A stretch of DNA of 62,106 bases, counting the filler. It is 6 parts of 6 records of this genome, joined end to end, with 100 filler letters (N's around TTAATTAATTAA, not from the genome) between each part and the next. Parts side by side here need not be neighbours in the genome. Positions count along the whole stretch, not along the records: positions 1 to 12,656 come from SRR20825019_59; 5 more parts are not named here. One strand, written 5' to 3'. Position 1 is the stretch's first letter, and each line of letters opens with the position of its first letter. This document shows positions 1-9,702 of this stretch, piece after piece. The position numbers and the translations under genes are program-made. The notes beneath the pieces are model-generated. The model searched no databases and was not told the origin of the DNA. It worked only from the letters and a program-made list of their open reading frames with translations.

Positions 1-2
1 TA

Positions 3-392
3 AGTTTTGGAATGCTAGACATGAGTTGGCACGGTATTGACCCAAGTACTATTGAAGATGTAAAGGCGCATGAAAGTAAGGTTTTTGAAGCAACGAGTTT
101 ATATCCAGAAACTCCAGAAACATGTATGAGTACAGCTTTTTCACACATCTTTCAAGGTGGTTATTCTGCAGGGTATTACAGCTACAAATGGGCAGAAGTT
201 TTAGATGCCGATGCTTTTGAGTTTTTTAAAGAAAAAGGTATTTTTAGTAAAGAAGTAGCTCAGAAATTTAAAGAAAATGTACTTTCTCAAGGAGGGACAG
301 AAAACCCAATGGAGTTGTACAAACGTTTTAGAGGAAAAGAGCCACAACCAGAAGCTTTATTACGTAGAGCAGGATTGATTGAGAAAAAATAA
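3..392 (+). CDS. M3 family metallopeptidase (peptidyl-dipeptidase Dcp/oligopeptidase A), C-terminal part
   Basis: FSHIFQGGYSAGYYSYKWAEVLDADAF and FRGKEP motifs of the M3A C-terminus; 5' truncated by the window edge. Confidence 0.93.
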   Translation, partial: SFGMLDMSWHGIDPSTIEDVKAHESKVFEATSLYPETPETCMSTAFSHIFQGGYSAGYYSYKWAEVLDADAFEFFKEKGIFSKEVAQKFKENVLSQGGTENPMELYKRFRGKEPQPEALLRRAGLIEKK

Positions 393-413
393 AGCCCCTC
401 ATTGAGGGATTTT
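391..413 (+). terminator. Probable intrinsic terminator
   Basis: CCCTC-ATT-GAGGG hairpin followed by ATTTT directly after the stop codon. Confidence 0.55.
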
Positions 414-557
414 ATTATGAGCATAGCCTGTGTTTAGCTTAGCTAAAAATCACTTCCACATGAGTGGATCAATAAAGCAAAGGTGTTAAAAGGTTCTGAT
501 TTCTCACATAACTATATAAGATGTTGAAAATCAATTATTTATCATAGAATAATTCGC

Positions 558-1505
558 ATGAAACTACAAACACAAATTCCATTAAAACCACTAGAAAACT
601 CAATAGATTATAATGCTAAAGTGTTTTTAATGGGATCTTGTTTTGTAGAGAATATTGGAAAAAAATTTTCGTATTATAAATTTCAATCGCTTGTCAATTC
701 ATTTGGAATTATTTTTCATCCAAAAGCGATTGAAAATTTAATTTCCAGAATAATTCAGCAAAAAAAGTTCACCAAAGAAGATGTTTTCTTTTTAAATGAA
801 CGCTGGCACTGTTTTGAAGTTCATTCGGTATTGAGTAATCCCTCCGAAGAAATATTTTTAAACAAGCTCAATGAAATTCTAGAAGAGTCATTTTCTTTTT
901 TAAAAACAGCCTCTCATATAGTTTTTACTTTGGGTACTGCTTGGGGTTATGAGAATAAAGAAAGTGCTAATTTAGTTGCTAACTGCCATAAGGTACCGCA
1001 AAAAAACTTTAATAAAGTACTTTTTAATGCAATTGAGATTGAAGCATCTCTTAAAATAATTACCCGTTTAATAAAAGAAATCAACCCTAAAGCTGCTATA
1101 CTATTTACGGTTTCTCCAGTGAGACACCTTAAAGATGGTTTTATAGAAAATCAACGTAGTAAAGCGCATTTAATAACTGCAATTCACCAAATTATAGAAA
1201 AGGATACTTCCATTTCTTACTTTCCTTCTTACGAAATTATGATGGATGAATTACGAGATTATCGTTTTTATGCAGAAGACATGATACATCCTAACAAAAC
1301 GGCCATAAATTACATTTGGGAAAAGTTTAAAGAAACAGCCGTTGCTTCTTCTTGTACAAATACGATGAAGGAGGTTGAAAAAATTCAAAGCGGATTATCA
1401 CATCGCCCTTTCAATACGGAAAGTGATGAATTTAAAAAATTTCAAGAAAAACTTCAGCAGAAAATTGTGTATCTTTCAGAAAAACATCCACATATAACAT
1501 TCTAA
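558..1505 (+). CDS. GSCFA family protein (SGNH-like)
   Basis: MGSCFVENIG, TVSPVRH, YFPSYEI and DMIHP motifs. Confidence 0.9.
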   Translation: MKLQTQIPLKPLENSIDYNAKVFLMGSCFVENIGKKFSYYKFQSLVNSFGIIFHPKAIENLISRIIQQKKFTKEDVFFLNERWHCFEVHSVLSNPSEEIFLNKLNEILEESFSFLKTASHIVFTLGTAWGYENKESANLVANCHKVPQKNFNKVLFNAIEIEASLKIITRLIKEINPKAAILFTVSPVRHLKDGFIENQRSKAHLITAIHQIIEKDTSISYFPSYEIMMDELRDYRFYAEDMIHPNKTAINYIWEKFKETAVASSCTNTMKEVEKIQSGLSHRPFNTESDEFKKFQEKLQQKIVYLSEKHPHITF

Positions 1506-1506
1506 T

Positions 1507-2127
1507 ATGCGAAAAGTTCTTTTCGGAATCATCATCACTTTACTTATTTTATGGACGTATCAATTGTACAAACGCTATGATGAACGTTCTAAATACCTAA
1601 AAGAAAATACCGCTTTAATTCAGCAAGAAATAAAAAATGTTAGCAAATTAATTGTTACTGAAGGACACTTTTCACAAGTATATAATTACAAACAATCAGA
1701 AAAAATATTTGCTAATTTATTAACTACCGAAAAAAAGGCATTGGTAGTAGTAAATGCAGAAGTAACAGTTGCTTACGACCTCAGTAAAATAAATTTTGAT
1801 GTAGATGAAGAACATCAAACTCTTTATATTACCGATATCCCAGCTCCTGAAATTAAAATCTTCCCCGACTTAAAATACTACGATATTTCTGGAGATTATT
1901 TGAATCCGTTTAACGCAAACGATTTTAATAAAATAAAAGATGAAGTCCATATTGCCATTGGAAAAAGAATTGATAATTCTAACCTAAAAGAAAATGCTGA
2001 AAACAGATTAATTAGCGAATTATCTCGCTTCTATGTTCTCACAAATTCTTTAGGATGGAAATTGGTTTACAATAAACAAACAATTACAGACGGAAAAGAA
2101 TTAGAAAAACTCAATTTTAAGCAATAA
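1507..2127 (+). CDS. DUF4230-like membrane-anchored protein
   Basis: N-terminal TM helix; VSKLIVTEGHF, VAYDLSK and AENRL pattern typical of Bacteroidetes DUF4230. Confidence 0.75.
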   Translation: MRKVLFGIIITLLILWTYQLYKRYDERSKYLKENTALIQQEIKNVSKLIVTEGHFSQVYNYKQSEKIFANLLTTEKKALVVVNAEVTVAYDLSKINFDVDEEHQTLYITDIPAPEIKIFPDLKYYDISGDYLNPFNANDFNKIKDEVHIAIGKRIDNSNLKENAENRLISELSRFYVLTNSLGWKLVYNKQTITDGKELEKLNFKQ

Positions 2128-2172
2128 TCATGCATAAATTCTCTATATTTAAGAAATTATACTAAGACAATA

Positions 2173-2295
2173 ATGACTTTGAAAGGTAAAAGAATAAATA
2201 TAGCTACGGTGATTATGTGCATATCTACAGTAGTAATTTTGGTATATATAGCAGGGTACTTTTTAGGAAAGACTTTATATTATGTCTTACATTAA
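2173..2295 (+). CDS. Small 40-aa single-TM protein (not in ORF track)
   Basis: Manual translation MTLKGKRINIATVIMCISTVVILVYIAGYFLGKTLYYVLH*: basic N-terminus and a hydrophobic helix. Confidence 0.55.
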   Translation: MTLKGKRINIATVIMCISTVVILVYIAGYFLGKTLYYVLH

Positions 2296-2307
2296 GTTAT
2301 AAGAAAT

Positions 2308-2808
2308 ATGCTAACTAACCAAGAGGCAAAATATCTATTGGATTTAGAAAAGGTTTTAATCAACCCGAATCAAACAATAGACCTATCGAAAAAGAAAAAT
2401 AGATTGGAATTGATTTCTCATCAAGATTCAGACCACAACTTTTTGGTTGAAATTACAACCAACCAGAAAATAATACTTAAAACTTCGATACATCATTTAG
2501 AAAGTAACTTTTATGTTGGGCTTTTAAGAATTGATTACAGAGGAGGACATCACAATCCTACAAATATACTACCAACTTTACCTGATATTCTAATTCCGTA
2601 TGCAGATAAATGGTTTAATCCAACCGAATCTCATATGCACATTTATGTTGAAGATTACAGACCTTTGGCTTGGGCAATTCCATTATCTGATATTGATTTC
2701 CCTATTAAAGATATTACTCAACCATCTGACTTATCGGATTTAATATTTAACTTTGCCCGAAGAATAAATTTAAAATCATTAATTAATATTCAACAATCAA
2801 TACTTTGA
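2308..2808 (+). CDS. DUF6978-like protein
   Basis: MLTNQEAKYLLDLEK start with LLRIDYRGGHHNP and SHMHIYVE motifs; overlaps the next gene at TTGA. Confidence 0.7.
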   Translation: MLTNQEAKYLLDLEKVLINPNQTIDLSKKKNRLELISHQDSDHNFLVEITTNQKIILKTSIHHLESNFYVGLLRIDYRGGHHNPTNILPTLPDILIPYADKWFNPTESHMHIYVEDYRPLAWAIPLSDIDFPIKDITQPSDLSDLIFNFARRINLKSLINIQQSIL

Positions 2809-3587
2809 ATTGGGTAAATACATATGTGGACAATTATTACAATTGGTTAAGAGAAAAAACTTTTATCCAAAAGGACTCTACCACCGATTGGCATCTAATA
2901 AATACCCCTTTTGTTGGAGCATTTAATGACACGATTGAGATTTATGCTCAAAAAAATGGAAATCATTTAAAATTAAGCGATAATGGAGAGACAATGTCTA
3001 ATTTAGAACTTCAAGGTCTACATATTCAAGGTTCAAAAAGACGTAGAGCAATTTTAGATACAATACTTTTAAACTATGGGGTTAGAGCAGAAAATGATGA
3101 ATTAACTATTGAAGCAAACAGTGATAATTTTTCACAATCAAAGCATAACTTTCTTTCAGCAATAATTGAGATCAATGATTTATATGTATTATCAAAACAT
3201 AATGTTGCTTCTATTTTCAAAGAAGATGTTAGGGATTATTTAGATTCTCTAGATATAATTTATACCCCTGATTTTATATCTAAAGGGACAACAGGATTGG
3301 AATTTAATTTTGATTTTCAAATTGCAAAAAAAGATAAAGAAATTGTCATTAAATCATTTAATACAATTAACAAATCGAATTTACCAACCTTTCTTTTTTC
3401 ATGGGACGACATAAAACCAGTTCGAGAGAAAATCACAAAAAAGAATGTAAACGCAATTGCTATCATCAATGACATAGGTAAAGAAATTAAAACGGAATTT
3501 TTAGATGCACTTAAAGCAAAAAATGCTAACTATATTCTGTGGTCTGAACGTGAATCGGAAAAAAGTAAAGAACTTATATCTGTTTAA
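2805..3587 (+). CDS. DUF1828/DUF1829-like protein
   Basis: INTPF..NDTIEIY..LSDNGET N-domain and FKEDV..GTTGLEFNFDF C-domain; TTG start coupled to the upstream stop. Confidence 0.8.
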   Translation: MNWVNTYVDNYYNWLREKTFIQKDSTTDWHLINTPFVGAFNDTIEIYAQKNGNHLKLSDNGETMSNLELQGLHIQGSKRRRAILDTILLNYGVRAENDELTIEANSDNFSQSKHNFLSAIIEINDLYVLSKHNVASIFKEDVRDYLDSLDIIYTPDFISKGTTGLEFNFDFQIAKKDKEIVIKSFNTINKSNLPTFLFSWDDIKPVREKITKKNVNAIAIINDIGKEIKTEFLDALKAKNANYILWSERESEKSKELISV

Positions 3588-3590
3588 AAT

Positions 3591-3648
3591 ACTACTTAAC
3601 AATAGTATTAGTTATTGCTAAAAAATACAACTACTCATAGCTGAGACC
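3591..3648. repeat. Degenerate attC-like imperfect inverted repeat
   Basis: CTACTTAAC just after the stop, then arms TATTAGTTATTG (3607-3618) and CAACTACTCATA (3628-3639); GTTATAAG lies just before the module at 2296. Confidence 0.4.
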
Positions 3649-3681
3649 AAAATAACCACACACTTTTCAAACAGTCAAAAA

Positions 3682-5361
3682 TTAATTTTTGATTCTTTCC
3701 TTCACCCAATTCAAAAATTCGTTTTTAAAATCTTTTACATCCCAAGATTTTCCCTTAGCCATATCATTACTCTTTTCTACAACCGAATTATTTTCGGTTT
3801 TCTGATAATGAATACTAATTTTTTCGTCAGAAGAGGTACTCCAGTAGGTTTCTTTGTATAAAATCATGCCGTTATCTCCAATTTTAACAATTCGGGCACT
3901 ATAATTACCTCCTCCAGTTTTAGAAGTATAAATAGCCGACTTATTATCTTTATCAATTAAAATATACGGTGCCATTGAAGGACCTGTAAAAGCTTCATTT
4001 TTGACAAAAGTATTCGACTCAGGATTGTACAAATAAACAGCATACGTAGCATTTCTATTTAAATCAAACCCTTCTGGAAAACTCAAATCTGTATACCCAT
4101 CAAAGTTTATATCGAAATCGGAAACCTTATAATCTTGCTCAGATAAATCGCCAATATTAATTGGCTTTTTAATAGGCGAAAGAGGAGCTTCAAAAACAAA
4201 AGTAGTATCTTCAACCTTTATCAATTCCTTCTTTGACACAGAAACTTCAATAGTAGTTGGATTGGCATTTGTTTTACGCGTATACCGGACCGAATATCGC
4301 CATTTAGCATCCATTTTATTGATAGAAAAAGGCTGACTATAAACAAAAAATGTAGTGTCTATTAAAGACCTATAATACTGAGGATAGGTGTTTTCAAGGT
4401 TAAAAGAATCTATTGCTTTTAGCGTAAATTTAAAGTCCTTATTATAATGATATTGCTTAATTATTGAATCTATGTTATATGCCACTACATGCTTAGAATT
4501 TTTGTCTTGTTTTTCTGAAACTTCAAAAGTTTTAAAAACCGAATCATTGACAAATGCACTAGAATATTTGGTAGTTTTATCTATAGATTCACTTTTTCCA
4601 CTAAGCGTAATATTAGTTAATACACTTGCAGTATCTTGAATAATTAATTTTTCGAGCACACTAGTACTGTCCACAAAATAATAGGTGTTTAAAGCAGTAG
4701 CATCTTGTATATCTAACAACCCATTTGAACGATAAATTCTAGCGCCGCTAGCCAAGGTATCTAAAATAGAATCTCCTTTAATTAACCTATCTTTTCTAAT
4801 GGTAAAAAACTTATTCTTATTCTCTACAGTATATTTAAATTCTTTTTTTGGTAACAAATCGTAGTAAAAATTTGCGGTGCGTGTTGCTTTTCTTATAGAA
4901 ATTGGGGTGTCTCCAAAATCAATATCGTAGGCACTAAAATTAGCATTTGTTACACTGTGTGTGTATATTTTATAACGATTCTTAGAAGATTTATCTATTC
5001 TAAAAACATTTCCATCAATTCGAGAAGTAATTGTTTTATTATCCTTAATAATAGCAGTTTGTTTAAACTCTTGTAATTTTCCTAAATGTTTTACTTTTCC
5101 GTAAAGATTCATCACTATAAAAGCAGAATCTTTTGGCCTTTTTATTTTTGCCAGATAATAAATAGAGTCTTCTGTTGAGAGTTGGTTATTCTTAGCTCTC
5201 AACATATCTTTAACCCGCTGCTCATCGGTAATTACTCGTTCTTTCTTTTGAAGAAGTCTTAGAGAATCGGCTTCTGTAGCCAGTCTAGTTTTATGAGTGT
5301 CATCATTTTTACATGCTACATTAGCCAAAATGAAACCGATAATAAATAAGTATTTTTTCAA
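3682..5361 (-). CDS. Hypothetical lipoprotein with C-terminal DxNFDGYxD motif
   Basis: Lipobox ANVAC; DINFDGYTDL Ca-binding-like motif. Confidence 0.7.
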   Translation of the reverse strand: MKKYLFIIGFILANVACKNDDTHKTRLATEADSLRLLQKKERVITDEQRVKDMLRAKNNQLSTEDSIYYLAKIKRPKDSAFIVMNLYGKVKHLGKLQEFKQTAIIKDNKTITSRIDGNVFRIDKSSKNRYKIYTHSVTNANFSAYDIDFGDTPISIRKATRTANFYYDLLPKKEFKYTVENKNKFFTIRKDRLIKGDSILDTLASGARIYRSNGLLDIQDATALNTYYFVDSTSVLEKLIIQDTASVLTNITLSGKSESIDKTTKYSSAFVNDSVFKTFEVSEKQDKNSKHVVAYNIDSIIKQYHYNKDFKFTLKAIDSFNLENTYPQYYRSLIDTTFFVYSQPFSINKMDAKWRYSVRYTRKTNANPTTIEVSVSKKELIKVEDTTFVFEAPLSPIKKPINIGDLSEQDYKVSDFDINFDGYTDLSFPEGFDLNRNATYAVYLYNPESNTFVKNEAFTGPSMAPYILIDKDNKSAIYTSKTGGGNYSARIVKIGDNGMILYKETYWSTSSDEKISIHYQKTENNSVVEKSNDMAKGKSWDVKDFKNEFLNWVKERIKN

Positions 5362-5413
5362 ACTGAATAAGTAATTGAATTTGGATAAAAATATAAAATC
5401 TTTTTAAAGCGAC

Positions 5414-7168
5414 CTATTTCACCAATGCATCGTTTACTAATGAAATCCCATCGTCTATTAAATGCCCTACTGTAGGTCGGTTTCTTTTTACCGATTCGAG
5501 ATGATTCAGAATTTCCTCAGAAAAATCATCATCTCCATTATTTTTTGCAAGTTCATAAAGCTCAACAGACAACAACCAGTCCTCTGGATAAAATTCTTGT
5601 AATTGCTCAAAAACCTTATGTCTTGAAATCGTTATATTTTCCCCTTCCCTATATTCGCGCACTTGTAAATATAACGTTTCAAGCATCTTGGTATTATTAT
5701 TTTTTTGCTTTTTTGTTTCTTCAGAATGGCTATGTGTTATTAAATCAAAACTATTTACATCTGCGGGGCCATTATAAGCGGAGATTGCTTCTTTCCCAAC
5801 AGCAAGATTATAAATACCTTGTGAAGGTTCAAATAAAACTTCGCCTTTATGTTTTACAGTACAATTATCAAAACTAATAAGTATAATTTTACCCATTAAA
5901 TTCCGAGTTCCAGTAATAATAGTTCCAGAAACAGTTACACCGCCTTCAAACTCCAAATCCACTTGATGTCCTTCATAAATATTATACGCCTTTAAATCTC
6001 TAGGGCTCATATCTTCAATAGCTAGGTTTATCCCCTTAAGTTTTCCTAACGGACTCCCAAATCCTTGTTGATACTTTTCTATTCCGTGCCCAACCAATTC
6101 TTTGTCTCTGTAAGAAAGCGCTGTCTCTTTTTCTGTTTGAAAATAAATAGGCTTCCCTTCAAACTCGATTACATTTGAAAAAGTTCCTGAAATCTGAATT
6201 CCAGTACTTAATTCCACAGTTCCTAAAGCGTTAGAATTTATTAGTTTTAGCATCCCTTTCAAGCCTCCTTTTCGGAGCGCCATTGTATTAGCAAATTCCT
6301 CCAAAATCAAACTTAGATATGCAAAATCTGGGGTAATATAAAGCTGCGGTTGTGGTTTTGTAATATCAAAATCTTGGTATGCCGCCTGCATATTATATGG
6401 TACTTTTTTTACAGCATCCGTCATACACCACTTACTTTCTCCAATAGAAGACAATAAACCAGCACCATAAATTTTTGGATTATCAAATGTTCCAATTAAA
6501 CCATACTCAACCGTCCACCAATGTAAATTTCTGATTAAAGACATTTCACTAGGCTCTCCCATATTCTGCTGCAAATCTTCCACTCGCTTTTCAGCTTTTT
6601 CAATTTCGGAAGCAGTAGTTCCATCGGCTTCTTTTATAATAGAAAGATGGCGTATAGCCTCATACATTTCATAATCTTTTGCACTAGAAATTGCTTTACA
6701 TCCAATCTCTCCAAAACGTCTTAAATACTCTGCATACTCTGGATTTGCAATAATAGGTGCATGTCCTGCCCCTTCATGAATAATATCTGGCGCAGGGGTG
6801 TATTCTATATTTTCAAGCTGTCTAATATCCGAAGCTATTACTAACACATTATAAGCTTGGAACTCCATAAAAGCATTTGGAGGGATAAAACCATCTACTG
6901 CAACGGCTGCCCATCCTATGTCTTTCAATATTCTATTCATTCCATACATACTTGGAATTCGATCGATAGAAATCCCTGTTTTTTGCAAACCTTCTGTATA
7001 TGATTTATGCGCAACCTTACTTAAATAATTCACATTCTTACGCATCACATAACGCCACACCGCTTGATTTATAGAAGTGTAATCGTTATAGTTCTGAGGC
7101 TTTATAAATTGCTTTAAATGTTTTGGTAAACGATCTAATAATGGATTGCTTTTATAACCGGTTTGCAT
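5414..7168 (-). CDS. phhA: Phenylalanine-4-hydroxylase, long Bacteroidetes form
   Basis: YTPAPDIIHEGAGHAP, WWTVEYGL and IYGAGLLSSIGE motifs. Confidence 0.92.
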   Translation of the reverse strand: MQTGYKSNPLLDRLPKHLKQFIKPQNYNDYTSINQAVWRYVMRKNVNYLSKVAHKSYTEGLQKTGISIDRIPSMYGMNRILKDIGWAAVAVDGFIPPNAFMEFQAYNVLVIASDIRQLENIEYTPAPDIIHEGAGHAPIIANPEYAEYLRRFGEIGCKAISSAKDYEMYEAIRHLSIIKEADGTTASEIEKAEKRVEDLQQNMGEPSEMSLIRNLHWWTVEYGLIGTFDNPKIYGAGLLSSIGESKWCMTDAVKKVPYNMQAAYQDFDITKPQPQLYITPDFAYLSLILEEFANTMALRKGGLKGMLKLINSNALGTVELSTGIQISGTFSNVIEFEGKPIYFQTEKETALSYRDKELVGHGIEKYQQGFGSPLGKLKGINLAIEDMSPRDLKAYNIYEGHQVDLEFEGGVTVSGTIITGTRNLMGKIILISFDNCTVKHKGEVLFEPSQGIYNLAVGKEAISAYNGPADVNSFDLITHSHSEETKKQKNNNTKMLETLYLQVREYREGENITISRHKVFEQLQEFYPEDWLLSVELYELAKNNGDDDFSEEILNHLESVKRNRPTVGHLIDDGISLVNDALVK

Positions 7169-7346
7169 ATGCTTTGTTTTAGATTTTTAAAAATACAAAA
7201 CCTTACGAAAACGTTGTCTTAAAATGAACACAAAGATATTTTTCAACTTAAATAATGCTATTAGACTTAAAATTAGTTTGTTAAAAAAAATTCTCAACCT
7301 AATCTAAAAATTATTACATTTATCAAAATTTACCAAAATTTATAAA

Positions 7347-8891
7347 ATGAAAGCTAATAAAAGAACAAAACTTATTTTTAACACTGTATTTATTTACGTT
7401 TTTATTTCTATATTTCTTATAAGTTGTAAAAAAGAAACTTCAGTAGAAAAAATAGAAAGCACTAAAAGTCCTAATGTTGTAATTATTTATATGGACGATT
7501 TAGGATATGGAGACGTTAGTTTTAATGGCGCTTCAACTATACACACTCCAAACATGGATAAACTTGCTAATAATGGAGTTATATTTACCAATGGATATGC
7601 TGCTGCTTCAACATGTACCCCAAGTAGGTATTCTTTATTAACAGGAGTATATCCTTGGCGAGAAAAAGATGCTAAAATATTACCAGGAACAGCACCATTA
7701 CTTATAAAACCAAATCAAGTTACACTTCCTAAAATACTTAAAAGTAAAGGATATCATACAGGAATTGTAGGGAAATGGCATCTAGGATTAGGCACAGGAA
7801 TTATAGATTGGAATGAAACAATAAAACCCGGCCCTAATGAAGTTGGCTTTGATTATTCTTATATAATGGCAGCAACTCAAGATAGAGTTCCTACTGTTTA
7901 TATAAAAAACGGAGATGTAGTTGGACTAGAGAAAGAAGACCCAATTGAAGTTAGTTATGAACAAAACTTTGATGGGGAACCAACAGGAAAAGAAAATCCG
8001 GAATTGACAAAAATGAAATGGCACCATGGACATAATAATAGTATTGTAAATGGAATTCCTAGAATCGGTTTTATGAAAGGTGGTGAAAAAGCCAAATGGA
8101 TTGATGAAGATATGGCTGATAATTTTTTAAATGAAGCTAAAAATTACGTAAAAGAACATAAAGAAAAACCCTTTTTTCTATATTACGCACTGCAACAACC
8201 CCATGTTCCAAGAACTCCAAATAAACGCTTTGTAGGAAAATCTGGAATGGGACCAAGAGGAGATGTAATCCTTGAAGCGGATTGGTGTGTTGGTGAATTT
8301 ATTAAGACTCTTGAAGAACAAGGAATATTAGAAAACACTCTTATTATTTTTTCTAGTGATAATGGCCCTGTTATAAATGATGGTTATTATGATGAGGCAG
8401 AAGAAAAAATTGGAAATCATAACGTAACAGCAGGATTAAGAGGAGGGAAATATAGCCTTTATGAAGCTGGAACTAGAGTCCCATTTTTTACATATTGGAA
8501 AGGAACAATAAAACCTGGAGTTTCTGATGCAATAGTAAGTCAGATTGATATTTTTTCTTCGATTGCTAAGTTGATTGGAAGCAGTGAAAAAACCAATGAT
8601 AGTGTAGACTTATTAGCTGAATTCTTAGGGAACTCAGAAGTAGGAAGAGAAGACATCATACTTCAAGGGTCTTATGGAACTTTTATAAGAGAAAATGAAT
8701 GGGTAATGATTCCAAAAAATGACACAGCGCCCTCTTTTATAGAAACCGTAAAAATTGAAACTGGAATTTCTAAAGAAGATCAACTATATAACTTAAAAGA
8801 AGATTTCGGTCAGCAAGAAAACGTAGCTAGCAAATATCCAGAAAAATTAAAGGAATTAAAGGAGAAGTATGAATTGATCCGATATAATTAA
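7347..8891 (+). CDS. Arylsulfatase (Cys-type sulfatase, lipoprotein)
   Basis: PNVVIIYMDDLGYGD, CTPSRYSLLTG (CxPxR), GKWHLG and SSDNG motifs; lipobox LISC. Confidence 0.93.
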   Translation: MKANKRTKLIFNTVFIYVFISIFLISCKKETSVEKIESTKSPNVVIIYMDDLGYGDVSFNGASTIHTPNMDKLANNGVIFTNGYAAASTCTPSRYSLLTGVYPWREKDAKILPGTAPLLIKPNQVTLPKILKSKGYHTGIVGKWHLGLGTGIIDWNETIKPGPNEVGFDYSYIMAATQDRVPTVYIKNGDVVGLEKEDPIEVSYEQNFDGEPTGKENPELTKMKWHHGHNNSIVNGIPRIGFMKGGEKAKWIDEDMADNFLNEAKNYVKEHKEKPFFLYYALQQPHVPRTPNKRFVGKSGMGPRGDVILEADWCVGEFIKTLEEQGILENTLIIFSSDNGPVINDGYYDEAEEKIGNHNVTAGLRGGKYSLYEAGTRVPFFTYWKGTIKPGVSDAIVSQIDIFSSIAKLIGSSEKTNDSVDLLAEFLGNSEVGREDIILQGSYGTFIRENEWVMIPKNDTAPSFIETVKIETGISKEDQLYNLKEDFGQQENVASKYPEKLKELKEKYELIRYN

Positions 8892-8913
8892 TCTGAAAAA
8901 ACAATTATAAAAA

Positions 8914-8953
8914 AAACTGAGTCAGTCTCAAAATTGTGAGGCTAACTCAGTTT
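8914..8953. terminator. Bidirectional intrinsic terminator
   Basis: AAACTGAGTCAGTCTCA...TGAGGCTAACTCAGTTT stem between convergent genes. Confidence 0.75.
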
Positions 8954-8975
8954 AAAATATTTTATAAGTACTATT

Positions 8976-9539
8976 TTATTGTCCGTTTTGAACTACAGCT
9001 ACTTGTGTAGAAACTGGAGGGAACTGTTCTAAAATTTCTTTAACAAATTCGGTTATACGTTCCTCTTTTTTAGCTAGATTTCCATTGGTAACCAAATAAC
9101 CAGTTCCTTTACCTTGCCAAACTAATTCTTTTTTACCAGCATCAATTAAGTCAATATAAAGTGAGCCTTCGGTTTCCGTAGACACAGAATTATAACCGCC
9201 ACCCCAATATGGGTAACCGTAATAACCCCAGCCCCAACCAACGTTATTATAAACACTAACACGATCCACTTCTTTAGTAAAAATACTTACTAAAATATCT
9301 GGATTCTCAGATAATCTATAGCCTCTATTCTGTAGTTCGTATTGTATTGAGCGTAAGATTCTTTTCTTATCAAGATCAGAAATTTCTGCTTTATCAATAC
9401 CAGGTTTATAAAACGCAAAAGTTTTATACTTACTAAAATCTACGTGTCGGTCGTAATCTGTTGCAACACTTACACTAGAGCAAGCGCTCATAAGGAGTGT
9501 AACAAGCAACATTCCAGAAAGGAGTTTTATTGTTCTCAT
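8976..9539 (-). CDS. DUF4136 lipoprotein
   Basis: Lipobox MSAC; DFSKYKTFAF and EGSLYIDLIDA..LVWQG motifs. Confidence 0.88.
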   Translation of the reverse strand: MRTIKLLSGMLLVTLLMSACSSVSVATDYDRHVDFSKYKTFAFYKPGIDKAEISDLDKKRILRSIQYELQNRGYRLSENPDILVSIFTKEVDRVSVYNNVGWGWGYYGYPYWGGGYNSVSTETEGSLYIDLIDAGKKELVWQGKGTGYLVTNGNLAKKEERITEFVKEILEQFPPVSTQVAVVQNGQ

Positions 9540-9702
9540 GGTTTATTTTTTTATTGTTTTTAATTGCCACATAAAACATCCAAATAATTAGCCTCCTAAG
9601 CGACTTAAATTAAATATGAATGTTTCATTTTATTTCACTTTAAAGTTCTTCGTTTATTTAAAAATTTCATCTAAAACTAGATAAAAAAAGGTATTCTAAT
9701 TA

